A stretch of DNA of 59,038 bases, filler included. It is 8 parts of 8 records of this genome, joined end to end, with 100 filler letters (N's around TTAATTAATTAA, not from the genome) between each part and the next. Parts side by side here need not be neighbours in the genome. Positions count along the whole stretch, not along the records: positions 40,364 to 47,604 come from DRR723986_16957; positions 47,705 to 52,891 come from DRR723986_16979; 6 more parts are not named here. One strand, written 5' to 3'. Shown here one piece after another: positions 43,701 through 52,991 of this stretch. The notes beneath the pieces were generated by a model, which saw only the letters and a list, made by a program, of their open reading frames with translations, was not told the DNA's origin and ran no database searches. The translations under genes and the position numbers were made by a program. Numbering within the stretch: position 1 is the stretch's first letter; the number at the start of each line of letters is the position of its first letter.

Positions 43701-46700
43701 GCACCGTCAGCCGCGACGCCTGCGTGGTGCCCGTGGCGAGGAACAGGGTGTAGCCGAGCACCCCGGCCTCGTTCTGGGCGGCCGTGAAGGAGACCGTGCC
43801 GGCGATCTGGAACCCGTCCAGGTCCTCGTCCGTGAAGCGCACGTTGGACGCGAGCTCCGTGCCGTACGGCACCGACGTGTCCACGATCCCCAGCCACGCG
43901 CTCAGCGTCGAGTCGCGCGAGTTGCGGAACGCCACGACCTGGAAGTACGTGTACGAGCCGATCTTGGTGCCGGACGGCACGACGAACGACGCGGTGGCGG
44001 CGCCCGGGTCGAGGTCGGCCAGCAGCAGCAGGCCCACGTACGCCGGCGCCCGGTTCACCGCCGCCGCGCCGGACGCGAGGAACAGCTCGTAGCCCGTGTA
44101 CGCGGACTCGTCCACGGCGCGGGTGAAGTTGAGCGTGCCGGCCACCTCCAGCGGGCTGGTGTCCTCGTCCTCGAACGCCACGTTGCTGGGCACCGGGTTG
44201 ACGCACGACCCGACGTCGCCGCCGACCACGACGTCGTAGACGCCCCACTTGGACGCCGCCGCCGCGGTGAGCGACAGGCGCACGTGCAGGGCCTGCTTGG
44301 CGCGGACGAACACGAACGACTCGCGCCCGCCGCCGCCCGCGCTGGCGAACGCGTAGCCGGTCTTCTCGAAGCTCCCCGGCCCGCGCGTGGACGACAGCTG
44401 CACTGTGAACGCGCGCGGGTAGGTGTCCGCGTCGGACACCAGCTGCACCACCCACACCGAGCAGTAGTGGGAGAGCATGATGTCGAACGTCGTGCCCACC
44501 GCCTGGTCGTCCTGCGAGAGCCACTTGGTGGTGGCGTCGTCGCCGTCGAAGGCGTTCGCCAGCGGGTGCGCGGGGTCCGTGGACGAGGCGAACGTCTGCA
44601 CCACCTGGATCGGGCTCGCGTCGGCGATCGGGACCGCCACGTACGCCGCAGAGTTGCCGTTGGCGTTGTGCGCGTAGACGCGCAGCTCGGTGGCGCTGCC
44701 GAACTCCACCGCCGCGAACGCCAGCGAGCCCTCCTGGCTCACCAGGTCGCCCACGGTCACGCTCGCGATCGGGGCGCTGCCCACCACCGCGCTGCTGGTG
44801 GCCAGGTACAGCCGGTACCCCGTCACGTCGGCGTGCGAGCCCTCGTCGGTGAACACCACGGTGCCCGAGATGAAGCCCAGCCGCAGGTCCGAGTCCTGGA
44901 AGTCGTTGGCCGTGGTCACCGACCCGGTCGGCAACCGCAGGTCGCTGACCGCCACCACCGTCGCGAACGTGGGGCGCGACGCGTCGCTGGTGGTGACCGA
45001 CACCACGTGCAGGTACGCCTTGGCCGCCACGCTGGCCAGGCGCACGGTGTTGCCCGCCGCGGTGGCGGCGGACGGCGTCAGCGACGCGACGGCGCTGTAC
45101 ACGTCCACGTTGTACGTGCTCACGCCGGCGGCGTCGAGGAGGAACACGCGGTACTCTTGGATGCCGGTGGCCTCCAGCGCCGCGCTCTGGCGCGAGAAGG
45201 TGACGTTGCCGCTCACCACGCCCGACGTGGGGTCCACGTCGTCGAACCGCACGTCGTACACCGTGGGCGTCTTGCACGTCGCCGGGTCCACGACGAACTG
45301 CACCTCGCTGATCGCCCAGGGCGACGCCGGCGCGGCCGGGTCGGCGGCGGCGACCTGCAGCCGCACCAGGAACGCCGTCGCGGCGAGCCGGAACGTGGGC
45401 GACGCCGCCGTGTCCCACGTGCCCCGGTTCACCCACGGCGTCGACGACGACGTGTCGCACGCCGTGGGGTTGCCCGCCGCGCACGAGTACACGGTGAGCG
45501 CCCCCGCGTGCACGTTCTGCGCGTTGGCGGGCATCTCCAGCCACTCGGTGCGGCACAGCGCGCCCTGCTTGAGCGTGACGTGGCTGCCCACCGCCTGCGC
45601 GCCGGCCGTCTCGAAGCGCGTGGCGTCGTCGCCGTCCACGATGTTGGCCGCCCCGAACTCGGGCCCCGCCGTCTCGAGGCCCGCCGACGCGGTCGCCTCC
45701 TCCGCGGGGCTGCCGAGGCGGTTCAGGTCCGTCACGGCGACGGCGAGGCTCGACGCGGACGCGCCCACCGAGTTGGTAGGCACCACCTGGAGGTGGGTGA
45801 TGCCCGTGCCCGCGGTGGCCGTGCTCGGGGCCGTCAGCGTGTACTGCGTCGTGCCGCTGACCGTCTGCACCGTGTCCAGTAGCGACAGGCGCGCGGCGCT
45901 GGTGGTCCCCGTGGCCGTCCACAGCTGGAACGCGGTGACGGTGGTGACGCCCGAGACGACGCCCGCCTTGAACACGACGCTCCCCGCGACCGCGCCCGCC
46001 TCGAAGTTGGTGTCCACGAACTCCGAGCCGGCCACCACCGTGGGCACGGCGTCGGCGGTCGGCACGCCGCGGTCCTCGAACAGGCGGGACGCGAACGCGT
46101 CCGCGTTGCCGTCCTCGCCCACGCCGAGCACGTGCAGGTACACATTGCCCTGGGTGTTGGCCGACGACACGGCCACCTGCGCCGCCGCGTACGACAGCTC
46201 CAGCGGCTCGGCGACGGCCAGCTCGCCCAGCAGCGCGCCGCGCGACGCGGTGGAGGTGGCGCTGGAGGCGAGGTAGACGCGGTACGCCAGGATGTCGAGC
46301 TCCACCACGGCGCGCACGAACCCGACGCTGCCCAGGATCTGCTGGCTCTGCGTGTTCTCGTCGTAGAAGGCCACGTGCGTGGGCACCGCGCCGCGGCACT
46401 GGCCCAGCGCCCCGCCGACGCGCACCTCGTACACGCGCCACTTCTTCTCCACCGTCTCGGCCAGGGTGAGCCGCACCCAGCGCGCGAACCGCGCCCTCGG
46501 GAGGGAGTACCGGCTGCGCACGATGCTGCTGCCCAGGTCCGTGTGCGCGCCGTCCGCGTCGTAGGACAGCGTCGCGACGGTCTCGAGCGCGGCCGGGGCG
46601 CTGGCGACGTCGCTCGAGATCTGCACGGTGAACTGCTTGGCGTGCTCGTCCGCCGCGCTGACGAGCTCCACGAGCTCCACCGCGGAGACGAGGCACGACG

Positions 46701-47604
46701 CCGTGAAGTTCAGCTGCAGGTACTGCCCCGTGGCCGTGAGGCTGCGGTAGTACGTGGCGGTGCTGCCGTCGATGGCGGCGGTGGGGAGGTTGGCCCCCAC
46801 CGTGCCCTCCGCCGTGGAGATGGACAGCGACGGGCTCTGCGGGTCGAACAGCTCCATCCGCCGCAGGTCGTTGACCTCCAGCGCGTGCGCGGAGCGCGAC
46901 AGGCCCAGCGCGTTGACCGCCACCACCTGCAGGTGCGTGCGCGCCGTCGTGAGCGCGGCGTCCAGCTGGTACGCGATGCTGCGGCTCGGCCCCAGGCTGG
47001 CGACCAGCTCGCGCCCCGCGGTGTGGGACGCGCCGTCGGCGAAGAACAGGGAGTAGCGCGTGACGTCGCCCACGGTGGGCACCGCCGCGACGGCGTACAT
47101 GCGCGCGCCCTCCATCTCGGCGAGCTCGTACAGGCCCGGCGCCACGGCCGCCTCGTAGACGTCGAACACCGTGCCGTCGCTCAGCGTCGCCGTCTCGCCG
47201 TCGGCGACCGGCGCGAAGCCGCCGTCCAGCACCCGGTCGTTGCCCAGCCAAGGGACGTCGTCGGTGGGCGACGTGCCCGCGGGGACGAGCACGTACAGCA
47301 CCGAGTCGGAGGCCACCGCGACCCGGTAGCGCTCGTCGTCGTCGTGGCCCGCCGTCGCGCTGGACGCGTCCGCGAGCAGCGTCTGCACGTAGTCCGCCCC
47401 CACGAGGTAGCTCGGCACGGACGCCCACGTCAGCGCGCTGCCGTCGTCCGCGTACGCCCGCGTGCCGGCGGCGAGCGACGCGCGCAGGAGCGTGGCCGAC
47501 TGCTGCCCCTCCCCACCATCCGTGCCGGTGCGCAGCACGGCGGACAGCACGGTGGTGCAGTTGGAAAAGGCAAAGTCGTCGCCGTCGCCGTCGCCGTCGC
47601 CGTC
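40753..47604 (-). CDS. Giant multidomain extracellular-type protein (at least 2283 aa, 5'-truncated): 3x[discoidin/F5-8 + 2 FN3-like], 2 ASH/choice-of-anchor-D-like, CBM4_9-like, PAN-like, 3 phage-tail-like domains
   Basis: Frame open to the contig edge (DGDGDGDGDDFAF...); strong GC3 bias; motifs AAIDGSTATYY, NIVDGDDATRF, NAFDGDDATTKW; F.D.D...G.I.G.V.F repeats; FTVRFDPT and FQIRFDPA; LANGGFDDGSSGW. Confidence 0.88.
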   Translation of the reverse strand, partial: DGDGDGDGDDFAFSNCTTVLSAVLRTGTDGGEGQQSATLLRASLAAGTRAYADDGSALTWASVPSYLVGADYVQTLLADASSATAGHDDDERYRVAVASDSVLYVLVPAGTSPTDDVPWLGNDRVLDGGFAPVADGETATLSDGTVFDVYEAAVAPGLYELAEMEGARMYAVAAVPTVGDVTRYSLFFADGASHTAGRELVASLGPSRSIAYQLDAALTTARTHLQVVAVNALGLSRSAHALEVNDLRRMELFDPQSPSLSISTAEGTVGANLPTAAIDGSTATYYRSLTATGQYLQLNFTASCLVSAVELVELVSAADEHAKQFTVQISSDVASAPAALETVATLSYDADGAHTDLGSSIVRSRYSLPRARFARWVRLTLAETVEKKWRVYEVRVGGALGQCRGAVPTHVAFYDENTQSQQILGSVGFVRAVVELDILAYRVYLASSATSTASRGALLGELAVAEPLELSYAAAQVAVSSANTQGNVYLHVLGVGEDGNADAFASRLFEDRGVPTADAVPTVVAGSEFVDTNFEAGAVAGSVVFKAGVVSGVTTVTAFQLWTATGTTSAARLSLLDTVQTVSGTTQYTLTAPSTATAGTGITHLQVVPTNSVGASASSLAVAVTDLNRLGSPAEEATASAGLETAGPEFGAANIVDGDDATRFETAGAQAVGSHVTLKQGALCRTEWLEMPANAQNVHAGALTVYSCAAGNPTACDTSSSTPWVNRGTWDTAASPTFRLAATAFLVRLQVAAADPAAPASPWAISEVQFVVDPATCKTPTVYDVRFDDVDPTSGVVSGNVTFSRQSAALEATGIQEYRVFLLDAAGVSTYNVDVYSAVASLTPSAATAAGNTVRLASVAAKAYLHVVSVTTSDASRPTFATVVAVSDLRLPTGSVTTANDFQDSDLRLGFISGTVVFTDEGSHADVTGYRLYLATSSAVVGSAPIASVTVGDLVSQEGSLAFAAVEFGSATELRVYAHNANGNSAAYVAVPIADASPIQVVQTFASSTDPAHPLANAFDGDDATTKWLSQDDQAVGTTFDIMLSHYCSVWVVQLVSDADTYPRAFTVQLSSTRGPGSFEKTGYAFASAGGGGRESFVFVRAKQALHVRLSLTAAAASKWGVYDVVVGGDVGSCVNPVPSNVAFEDEDTSPLEVAGTLNFTRAVDESAYTGYELFLASGAAAVNRAPAYVGLLLLADLDPGAATASFVVPSGTKIGSYTYFQVVAFRNSRDSTLSAWLGIVDTSVPYGTELASNVRFTDEDLDGFQIAGTVSFTAAQNEAGVLGYTLFLATGTTQASRLTVLDTATVAELGVARALTVPPDTAVSANYYLQVASYNDHGPSESSTTIFVVDITKAEIAVSGNGVAIAAGDYSPSAGDNTLFADADVRFDVAFQTFVVAETTGDSKARLSVLSVVVSGDDADDFAVVEQPAALVLGGQSTSFTVRFDPTSQGQKYANVTITSSAHNQPVFAFTVGGLASARPAISVSVPGKALPIADDDFTPSLVDGTNFGTTNYLFSSVDRSFTVTNVGSGTLTIASVAVSGADEADFTVSVGPAVLSLGGDESTTFQIRFDPALEGTKRANVTVVSNDADPDAATFQFAISGTGDEFTDSGYAVYGSEVRVLQELDGAGLLNGWTFSAGADAAAPRARPAYFRDEHFVRLVGVVEGGASPQVFALPEGYRPLVAHTFLCDAGDGGAGLDAGVVVQVAVGTDGAVAATVGAAGGVPSTPVRLCGRFPYATAGPLLANGGFDDGSSGWTLVVAAGDGAAASSTLPSAGAGQSGDGAEVQVTALGASAASVALVSGTFVNWGADRIVARYWLKAADAGAVVLTRFAFENGTAVQTKAHAVTDAWAPYDHVVTGLPADYSCALAFLLGSNATTYFVDTVAVAEFVGEQLFTPLQVVSSIALASTSLDAAQYVDPETGFVHLRGHVSLSRACSGAAYCDVWSGVQVPDFVQGSSYFVQLDGDTKRHVRVDAGGVVSISPALGETDVNLNMVVLAPAHGGLCGALATACANFTSSGATVYHYSGAGQCAGGEFVDFPGNEGVAVVWSAASAVGYGANATLDQCAVIADAFPSVKSVYFAVDSPSGATECWLSKSDSTAPLGACAGTSYFKSLQTGQGFDNRRTTAEYPVSQYDEERTALSLLALESGWGEVVSATPSAPRIARADLVKCLGGAALWTSATATLADAWQLLARVTDQADRPGNPEHFHVPCFNSDVAYSCAVKVDPDGGVYVHNADGLGADTWVVLDGVCWDGFVFLVEVKLSEFARVDISGGAYVQFG

Positions 47605-47704
47605 NNNNNNNNNNNNNNNNNNNNNNNNNNNNNNNNNNNNNNNNNNNNTTAATTAATTAANNNNNNNNNNNNNNNNNNNNNNNNNNNNNNNNNNNNNNNN
47701 NNNN

Positions 47705-47968
47705 CGCGGCAAAACGGAGATTGGCGATTACATGATCATCTGTTCGGGCCGTTCGACCCGTCAGGTATCCGCGATCTCTGAAAAGCTGGCTCAGCGCGTC
47801 AAGGATGAGTTCGGGCGGACGCCCAAGGTGGAAGGCAAAGACATTGGCGACTGGGTCTTGATCGACACAGGCGACGTGATTGTGCATGTGTTCCGCCCCG
47901 AAGTGCGCGAATTCTATCAGTTGGAAAAGATGTGGGTTGGGGGCGATGCGCCCGCACCGCAAAGCTGA
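47705..47968 (+). CDS. rsfS: Ribosomal silencing factor RsfS (Iojap), 5'-truncated
   Basis: MIICSGRS.RQV, EG....DWVLIDTGDVIVHVFRPEVREFYQLEKMW. Confidence 0.96.
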   Translation, partial: RGKTEIGDYMIICSGRSTRQVSAISEKLAQRVKDEFGRTPKVEGKDIGDWVLIDTGDVIVHVFRPEVREFYQLEKMWVGGDAPAPQS

Positions 47969-47990
47969 GCTGACTGATTGAACGCCGCTG

Positions 47991-48461
47991 ATGCGTGTTC
48001 ATATCTGTGCTGTCGGGCGGTTGCGCGCCGGTCCCGAGAAAACCCTCATTGACGACTATCTGACCCGCTTTGACCGGACGGGCCGCAATCTTGGCCTTGG
48101 TCCGGCGCGGGTCGTGGAGGTTGAGGATAAGAAAGGCGGCGGCATGGCGGCAGAGGCCGCGCTGCTGCAAAAGGCGATCCCGCAAGGGGCGCTGATCTGT
48201 GTGCTGGACGAGCGCGGCAAGGTCGAAAAGTCACCGGAGTTTGCCAATCGCCTGGCCAGTTGGCGCGACATGGGGCGTGGCGATCTGGCCTTTGTCATTG
48301 GCGGCGCTGACGGGATTGATCCGGCGCTGCGGGGCACTGCGGATCACGCATTGTCATTTGGCAAGATGGTCTGGCCGCATATGATGGTGCGGGTGATGCT
48401 GTCAGAACAATTGTACCGCGCGGCATCAATCCTGTCCGGCGGGCCATACCACCGCAGCTGA
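47991..48461 (+). CDS. rlmH: 23S rRNA pseudouridine-1915 N3-methyltransferase
   Basis: [34 protein letters not shown]. Confidence 0.97.
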   Translation: MRVHICAVGRLRAGPEKTLIDDYLTRFDRTGRNLGLGPARVVEVEDKKGGGMAAEAALLQKAIPQGALICVLDERGKVEKSPEFANRLASWRDMGRGDLAFVIGGADGIDPALRGTADHALSFGKMVWPHMMVRVMLSEQLYRAASILSGGPYHRS

Positions 48462-48463
48462 AG

Positions 48464-48817
48464 TTAGCGCAATTTGATCGTGACGGTTGCAGGTGACCAG
48501 CCGCCAACCGAATCGCGGGCCTGCACTGCGACTTCGCTGACATTGCTCGGAATGGAAACACCGGACAATGATCGGGTGAACGGCTGTTCGTTGACATGGG
48601 GATGCGCGAGGTTGCGCAGGCCCAGAACCTTGCCGTCTTTGTCCAGAACCCGCCAGGCATCGGCGTAATCGTCCCAACCGGTATCGCCGTGGCGCAGGGT
48701 CACATCAAAGGTCCAAAGGTCACCGACCTGCTTTGCGTTCACGTTCTTGATCACCGGCGCATCAGCGAAGGCGGGATATGTGAAGGCCACGAGGGCAAGC
48801 AAACTGCGTTTTAACAT
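48464..48817 (-). CDS. Conserved secreted hypothetical protein
   Basis: Signal peptide from ATG 48817; H.DTGWD.YAD.W, R.L.HPHVNEQPFTRS. Confidence 0.8.
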   Translation of the reverse strand: MLKRSLLALVAFTYPAFADAPVIKNVNAKQVGDLWTFDVTLRHGDTGWDDYADAWRVLDKDGKVLGLRNLAHPHVNEQPFTRSLSGVSIPSNVSEVAVQARDSVGGWSPATVTIKLR

Positions 48818-48861
48818 GGTGTCACCATTGTTTCGGAACGGGTTTGATATAGGTATTCTTT

Positions 48862-49554
48862 TCAAGTTTTCAAAAGAATTTCACGTGACAAAGAGGCGAA
48901 TTCCCGCCGCCAGATCACAATCAGTGTGATAAATGCACCAATAATCAAAGGCACGGCGCCCGCCAGCCAGGCCACACTGGCCAGTGCGAAATAGACAGAT
49001 CTCAGACCCCGGTTAAAACTGCGTGCGGCGGTTATGTTCAGCTCTGCCGCCTTGTCGGCCATGCGGATCGCGTCACCATGGGCCGGGTCATTTGGCACCG
49101 CCGCCATAACCACCGAACAATAGCCGAACAGGCGATTTGACCAGGCAAATTTCAGAAATGCATTGGTCAGGAAAAACACGACCAGCAGCAGCTTTATCTC
49201 CCAGACGATGCGCGGTTGGGCCTCTGTGGTCAGATCCTGCGCAACATCGGCAAGGCTGTCTGCGTTGCCCATCAAGGCAAGAGTGCCGCCGATTGCAATG
49301 ACGCTGGTTGAGGCAAAGAAAGACGTGCCCTGCCGCAGGGTCGAGACAGTTTGCGCGTCAAAGATGCGCGGCTCGCGGGTGATCATCTGCCGCATCCATT
49401 CGCGGCGGTATTCGGCCATGATCCGCGACACCGATGGCCGCCCTGCGGGCGGATGCTCAACCCGCCAGCCAACAATCAGCCAAAGTGCCAGATTGATAGC
49501 GACAGCAGCAAAGTCGAGCGGTTCAAAAAGGGTGAGTTGTGCAGGCCAATCCAT
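48862..49554 (-). CDS. DUF599 family membrane protein
   Basis: R.EWM, FFASTS, F.W..R..GY, FNRGLR..YF; start at ATG 49554. Confidence 0.85.
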   Translation of the reverse strand: MDWPAQLTLFEPLDFAAVAINLALWLIVGWRVEHPPAGRPSVSRIMAEYRREWMRQMITREPRIFDAQTVSTLRQGTSFFASTSVIAIGGTLALMGNADSLADVAQDLTTEAQPRIVWEIKLLLVVFFLTNAFLKFAWSNRLFGYCSVVMAAVPNDPAHGDAIRMADKAAELNITAARSFNRGLRSVYFALASVAWLAGAVPLIIGAFITLIVIWRREFASLSREILLKT

Positions 49555-49599
49555 GACCGGGTGATAGCGAGTGTGGATAGAACTTGCCAGAACGATAAA

Positions 49600-49620
49600 T
49601 TGGTAATATAACTTTACCAA
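49600..49620. promoter_or_regulatory. Palindromic operator upstream of glcD (GntR/FadR-like arms)
   Basis: TTGGTAA-TATAACT-TTACCAA with perfect 7-bp arms, 15 bp before the glcD ATG. Confidence 0.65.
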
Positions 49621-49635
49621 ATTGGAGGTGCCCTC

Positions 49636-51084
49636 ATGGAAATGCCAAAACCGGACGAAAAAGTCCTCTCTCGAAAAGCACGAGTTGTGGCCCGTTTGCT
49701 GGAGGTTTTGCCGGACAACGCGGTCATCCACGATGAACGCGAGACACGCGCCTATGAGTGTGATGCGCTGACCGCGTATAAATGTCCGCCCATGGTTGCG
49801 GTGCTGCCACAGGATACAAAAGAGGTCGCTGCGGTTCTGCGGATCTGCCACGAAGAGGGCGTGCCGGTGGTGCCGCGCGGGTCTGGTACGTCGCTTGCGG
49901 GCGGGGCCTTGCCAACAGCGGATTGTGTGATCCTTGGGGTGGCGCGGATGAATGGCGTGATCGAAACCGATTATGAAAATCGGCTGATCCGGGTGCAGAC
50001 CGGGCGCACCAATCTCAGTGTGACAGGCGCAGTCGAAGAAGACGGATTTTTCTATGCACCGGACCCGTCATCGCAGCTGGCCTGTGCGATCGCCGGCAAT
50101 ATCGCGATGAACTCGGGCGGGGCGCATTGTCTCAAATATGGTGTGACGACCAACAATCTGATGGGCGTGACCATGGTGATGATGGATGGCGAGGTCGTCG
50201 AGGTTGGCGGCGGTCATCTGGATGCGGGCGGCCTGGATCTGCTCGGCCTGATCTGCGGATCTGAAGGACAGCTTGGCGTCGTGACTGAAGCGACCTTGCG
50301 TATCCTGCCAAAGCCGGAAGGCGCGCGCCCCGTGTTGATGGGGTTTGACGACAACGAGGTGGCGGGCGCCTGTGTGTCGGACATCATCAAGGCGGGGGTG
50401 TTGCCGGTTGCGATTGAGTTTATGGACCGGCCCTGCATCGAAGCGACCGAAGCTTTTGCCAAGGCAGGCTATCCGATGTGCGAGGCCTTGCTGATTGTTG
50501 AGGTCGAAGGGTCAGAAGCCGAAATTGATCATCAATTGTCGCTGATTATGGAAATTGCCCGTCGCCACAATCCGGTGGAACTGCGCGAAAGCAAATCGGC
50601 AGAAGAAAGCGCGGCGATCTGGTTGGGCCGCAAATCGGCTTTCGGCGCGATGGGACAGATCAACGATTACATGTGTCTGGATGGCACAATCCCGGTCAGC
50701 AGTCTGCCGATGGTGCTGCGGCGCATTGGCGAGATGTCAGAAGAGTTCGGTTTGAAAGTCGGCAATGTTTTTCACGCTGGCGACGGCAATATGCATCCGC
50801 TGATCCTGTTCGATGCCAACAAGCCCGGTGATCTGGAGCTTTGCGAGGCATTTGGTGCCGAGATCCTCAAATTATGTGTCGAGGCGGGCGGGTGCCTGAC
50901 CGGCGAACATGGTGTGGGCATTGAAAAGCGCGATCTGATGCATGTGCAATATGCGCCCGCGGATCTTGAGGCGCAAATGGCAGTGAAAGACGTGTTTGAT
51001 CCCGGTTGGTTGCTCAACCCCGCCAAGGTGTTTCCATTGGATGCATCCGAGGGGCGGCGTGCCCCGGCACTGGCGGCGGAGTGA
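49636..51084 (+). CDS. glcD: Glycolate oxidase subunit D
   Basis: PRGSGTSLAGG, PDPSSQ.AC, GGAHCLKYG.T, HAGDGNMHP, GEHGVG.EK. Confidence 0.95.
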   Translation: MEMPKPDEKVLSRKARVVARLLEVLPDNAVIHDERETRAYECDALTAYKCPPMVAVLPQDTKEVAAVLRICHEEGVPVVPRGSGTSLAGGALPTADCVILGVARMNGVIETDYENRLIRVQTGRTNLSVTGAVEEDGFFYAPDPSSQLACAIAGNIAMNSGGAHCLKYGVTTNNLMGVTMVMMDGEVVEVGGGHLDAGGLDLLGLICGSEGQLGVVTEATLRILPKPEGARPVLMGFDDNEVAGACVSDIIKAGVLPVAIEFMDRPCIEATEAFAKAGYPMCEALLIVEVEGSEAEIDHQLSLIMEIARRHNPVELRESKSAEESAAIWLGRKSAFGAMGQINDYMCLDGTIPVSSLPMVLRRIGEMSEEFGLKVGNVFHAGDGNMHPLILFDANKPGDLELCEAFGAEILKLCVEAGGCLTGEHGVGIEKRDLMHVQYAPADLEAQMAVKDVFDPGWLLNPAKVFPLDASEGRRAPALAAE

Positions 51085-51097
51085 TCCAGCGCAAGAT

Positions 51098-51143
51098 CGG
51101 GGGCCAGCCCCCGAACCCCCGGAATATTTAAGGCCAGAAAGAA
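51098..51143 (+). repeat. REP-like short palindromic element between glcD and glcE
   Basis: CGGGGGC-CA-GCCCCCG hairpin plus GGAATATTTAAGGCCAGAAAGAA tail; 17/23 match to 59016-59038 (reverse complement). Confidence 0.5.
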
Positions 51144-51145
51144 AT

Positions 51146-52264
51146 ATGGACATCAAATCAGAAGAAGACTTGGTCGAAGCTGTTCTTGGCGCGGATCGCC
51201 CGCTCTCGGTGAAGGGCGGCGGGACGCGGGGGTTTGCGCCATCTGGCGATCCCTTGAGCGTGGCGGGGCTGAGCGGGATCACGCTTTATGAGCCTGGTGC
51301 CTTGACCATGGTGGCGCAGGCCGGAACGCCTGTGACCGAGATCGAGGCGGCGCTGGCGAAAGAAAACCAGCGGCTGGCGTTTGAGCCGATGGATCATCGT
51401 GGCCTTCTGGGCACAAAAGGCACGCCAACGATTGGGGGCATTTTTGCCGCTAACGTCAGCGGGCCGCGGCGGATCGCCGTAGGTGCGGCGCGGGATTTTC
51501 TGCTGGGTGTGCGGTTTGTTGATGGCGCTGGCGCGGTTGTGAAGAACGGTGGCCGGGTGATGAAAAACGTCACGGGCTATGATCTGGTCAAGCTGATGGC
51601 GGGGTCCTTTGGCACGCTGGGTGTGCTGAGCGAAGTGTCTTTTAAGGTGCTGCCCTGCCCCGAGACTGAGGCCAGCCTTGTTGTTCATGGGCTAGATGAT
51701 GCCCAGGCAATTGCCGCACTGGCCCGCGCGATGGGCAGCCCGTTTGAGGTCACCGGCGCCGCGTATAATCCGGCGGGTCAGCATTGCGTGATCCGCATCG
51801 AAGGGTTTGAAACGTCGGTCTCATACCGGATGCAGCGGTTGAAGACATTGCTGGGGGACGCAGGCGGCGACATTGCGCAATGGGATGCGGCCGCGTCAGC
51901 GAAATTCTGGGCAGCGCAGCGGGATGTTGCGGCCTTTGCCGAGGATGCGGGTGATATTTGGCGCGTGTCGTGCAAGCCATCGGATGCGCCCATGCTGGCC
52001 GCCAAAGCGGGGGCGGAGGCGCATGGTTACGACTGGGCTGGAGGCTTGATCTGGTTGCGGACGGCTGCGGGGACGGATATGCGGGCGCGTTTGGGCGTGT
52101 TTGACGGCCATGCGACATTCATGCGCGGGGCGGCGGAGATGCGCAAAGCGCAGGGGGTTTTCCAGCCAGAATCTGCCGGTGTGGCGCGGCTCTCGGCGGG
52201 CCTGAGAGCGCGGTTTGACCCACGCGGTATTTTCAACAGCGGCCTGATGGGCGCGGCGCAATAA
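51146..52264 (+). CDS. glcE: Glycolate oxidase FAD-binding subunit E
   Basis: YEPGALT, LAFEP, SGPRR, GGRVMKNVTGYDL.KL, FDPRGIFN; start ATG 51146. Confidence 0.95.
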   Translation: MDIKSEEDLVEAVLGADRPLSVKGGGTRGFAPSGDPLSVAGLSGITLYEPGALTMVAQAGTPVTEIEAALAKENQRLAFEPMDHRGLLGTKGTPTIGGIFAANVSGPRRIAVGAARDFLLGVRFVDGAGAVVKNGGRVMKNVTGYDLVKLMAGSFGTLGVLSEVSFKVLPCPETEASLVVHGLDDAQAIAALARAMGSPFEVTGAAYNPAGQHCVIRIEGFETSVSYRMQRLKTLLGDAGGDIAQWDAAASAKFWAAQRDVAAFAEDAGDIWRVSCKPSDAPMLAAKAGAEAHGYDWAGGLIWLRTAAGTDMRARLGVFDGHATFMRGAAEMRKAQGVFQPESAGVARLSAGLRARFDPRGIFNSGLMGAAQ

Positions 52265-52302
52265 CAAGCGCCCGGATACAGTTTTAGATTGGCGGAACCA
52301 CG

Positions 52303-52891
52303 ATGCAGACCACCTTTACCCCCGAGCAATTGACCGATCCGGCCATCGCCCGCAGCAACGAGATTTTGCGGGCCTGTGTGCATTGCGGTTTTTGCACCGC
52401 GACCTGCCCGACCTATCAGGTGTTGGGCGACGAACTGGATAGCCCGCGAGGCCGGATTTATCTGATCAAGGATATGTTGGAGAACAACCGTGACCCGGAC
52501 GCAAAGACGGTTAAACATATAGATCGGTGTTTGAGCTGTCTGGCCTGTATGTCGACCTGTCCGTCTGGGGTCCACTACATGCATTTGGTGGATCACGCGC
52601 GGGAATATATCGAAGAGCGGTACAAGCGGCCTTTCACGGATCGTGCATTGCGCTGGATTTTGGCGCGGATCTTGCCCTATCCGACACGCTTTCGACTGGC
52701 GCTTCTGGGGGCCAAGATCGGGCGGCCTTTTGCGCGGTTGATGCCGGATGCGCGGCTGCGGGCAATGCTGGAGATGGCGCCCAAGACCATTCCGCCGGTC
52801 AGCCGCAACGATGATCCGCAGAGTTTTGCGCCACAAGGGCCGCGCCGCAAGCGGGTGGCTTTGATGACGGGCTGTGCGCAAAAGGCGCTGA
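52303..52891 (+). CDS. glcF: Glycolate oxidase Fe-S subunit F, 3'-truncated
   Basis: CVHCGFCTATCP and CLSCLACMSTCP 4Fe-4S motifs; ELDSPRGRI. Confidence 0.95.
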
Positions 52892-52991
52892 NNNNNNNNN
52901 NNNNNNNNNNNNNNNNNNNNNNNNNNNNNNNNNNNTTAATTAATTAANNNNNNNNNNNNNNNNNNNNNNNNNNNNNNNNNNNNNNNNNNNN

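Noticed and set aside
40564-47428. Very long overlapping ORFs (1772 aa on +, 1691 aa on -, and others)
   Set aside because: Arg/Gly/Ala/His-rich with no domain motifs; shadow frames caused by extreme GC3 bias in the real gene.
47581-47604. (GACGGC)4 repeat as a separate element
   Set aside because: In frame with the giant ORF, where it encodes a DG linker; probably just the cause of the assembly break.
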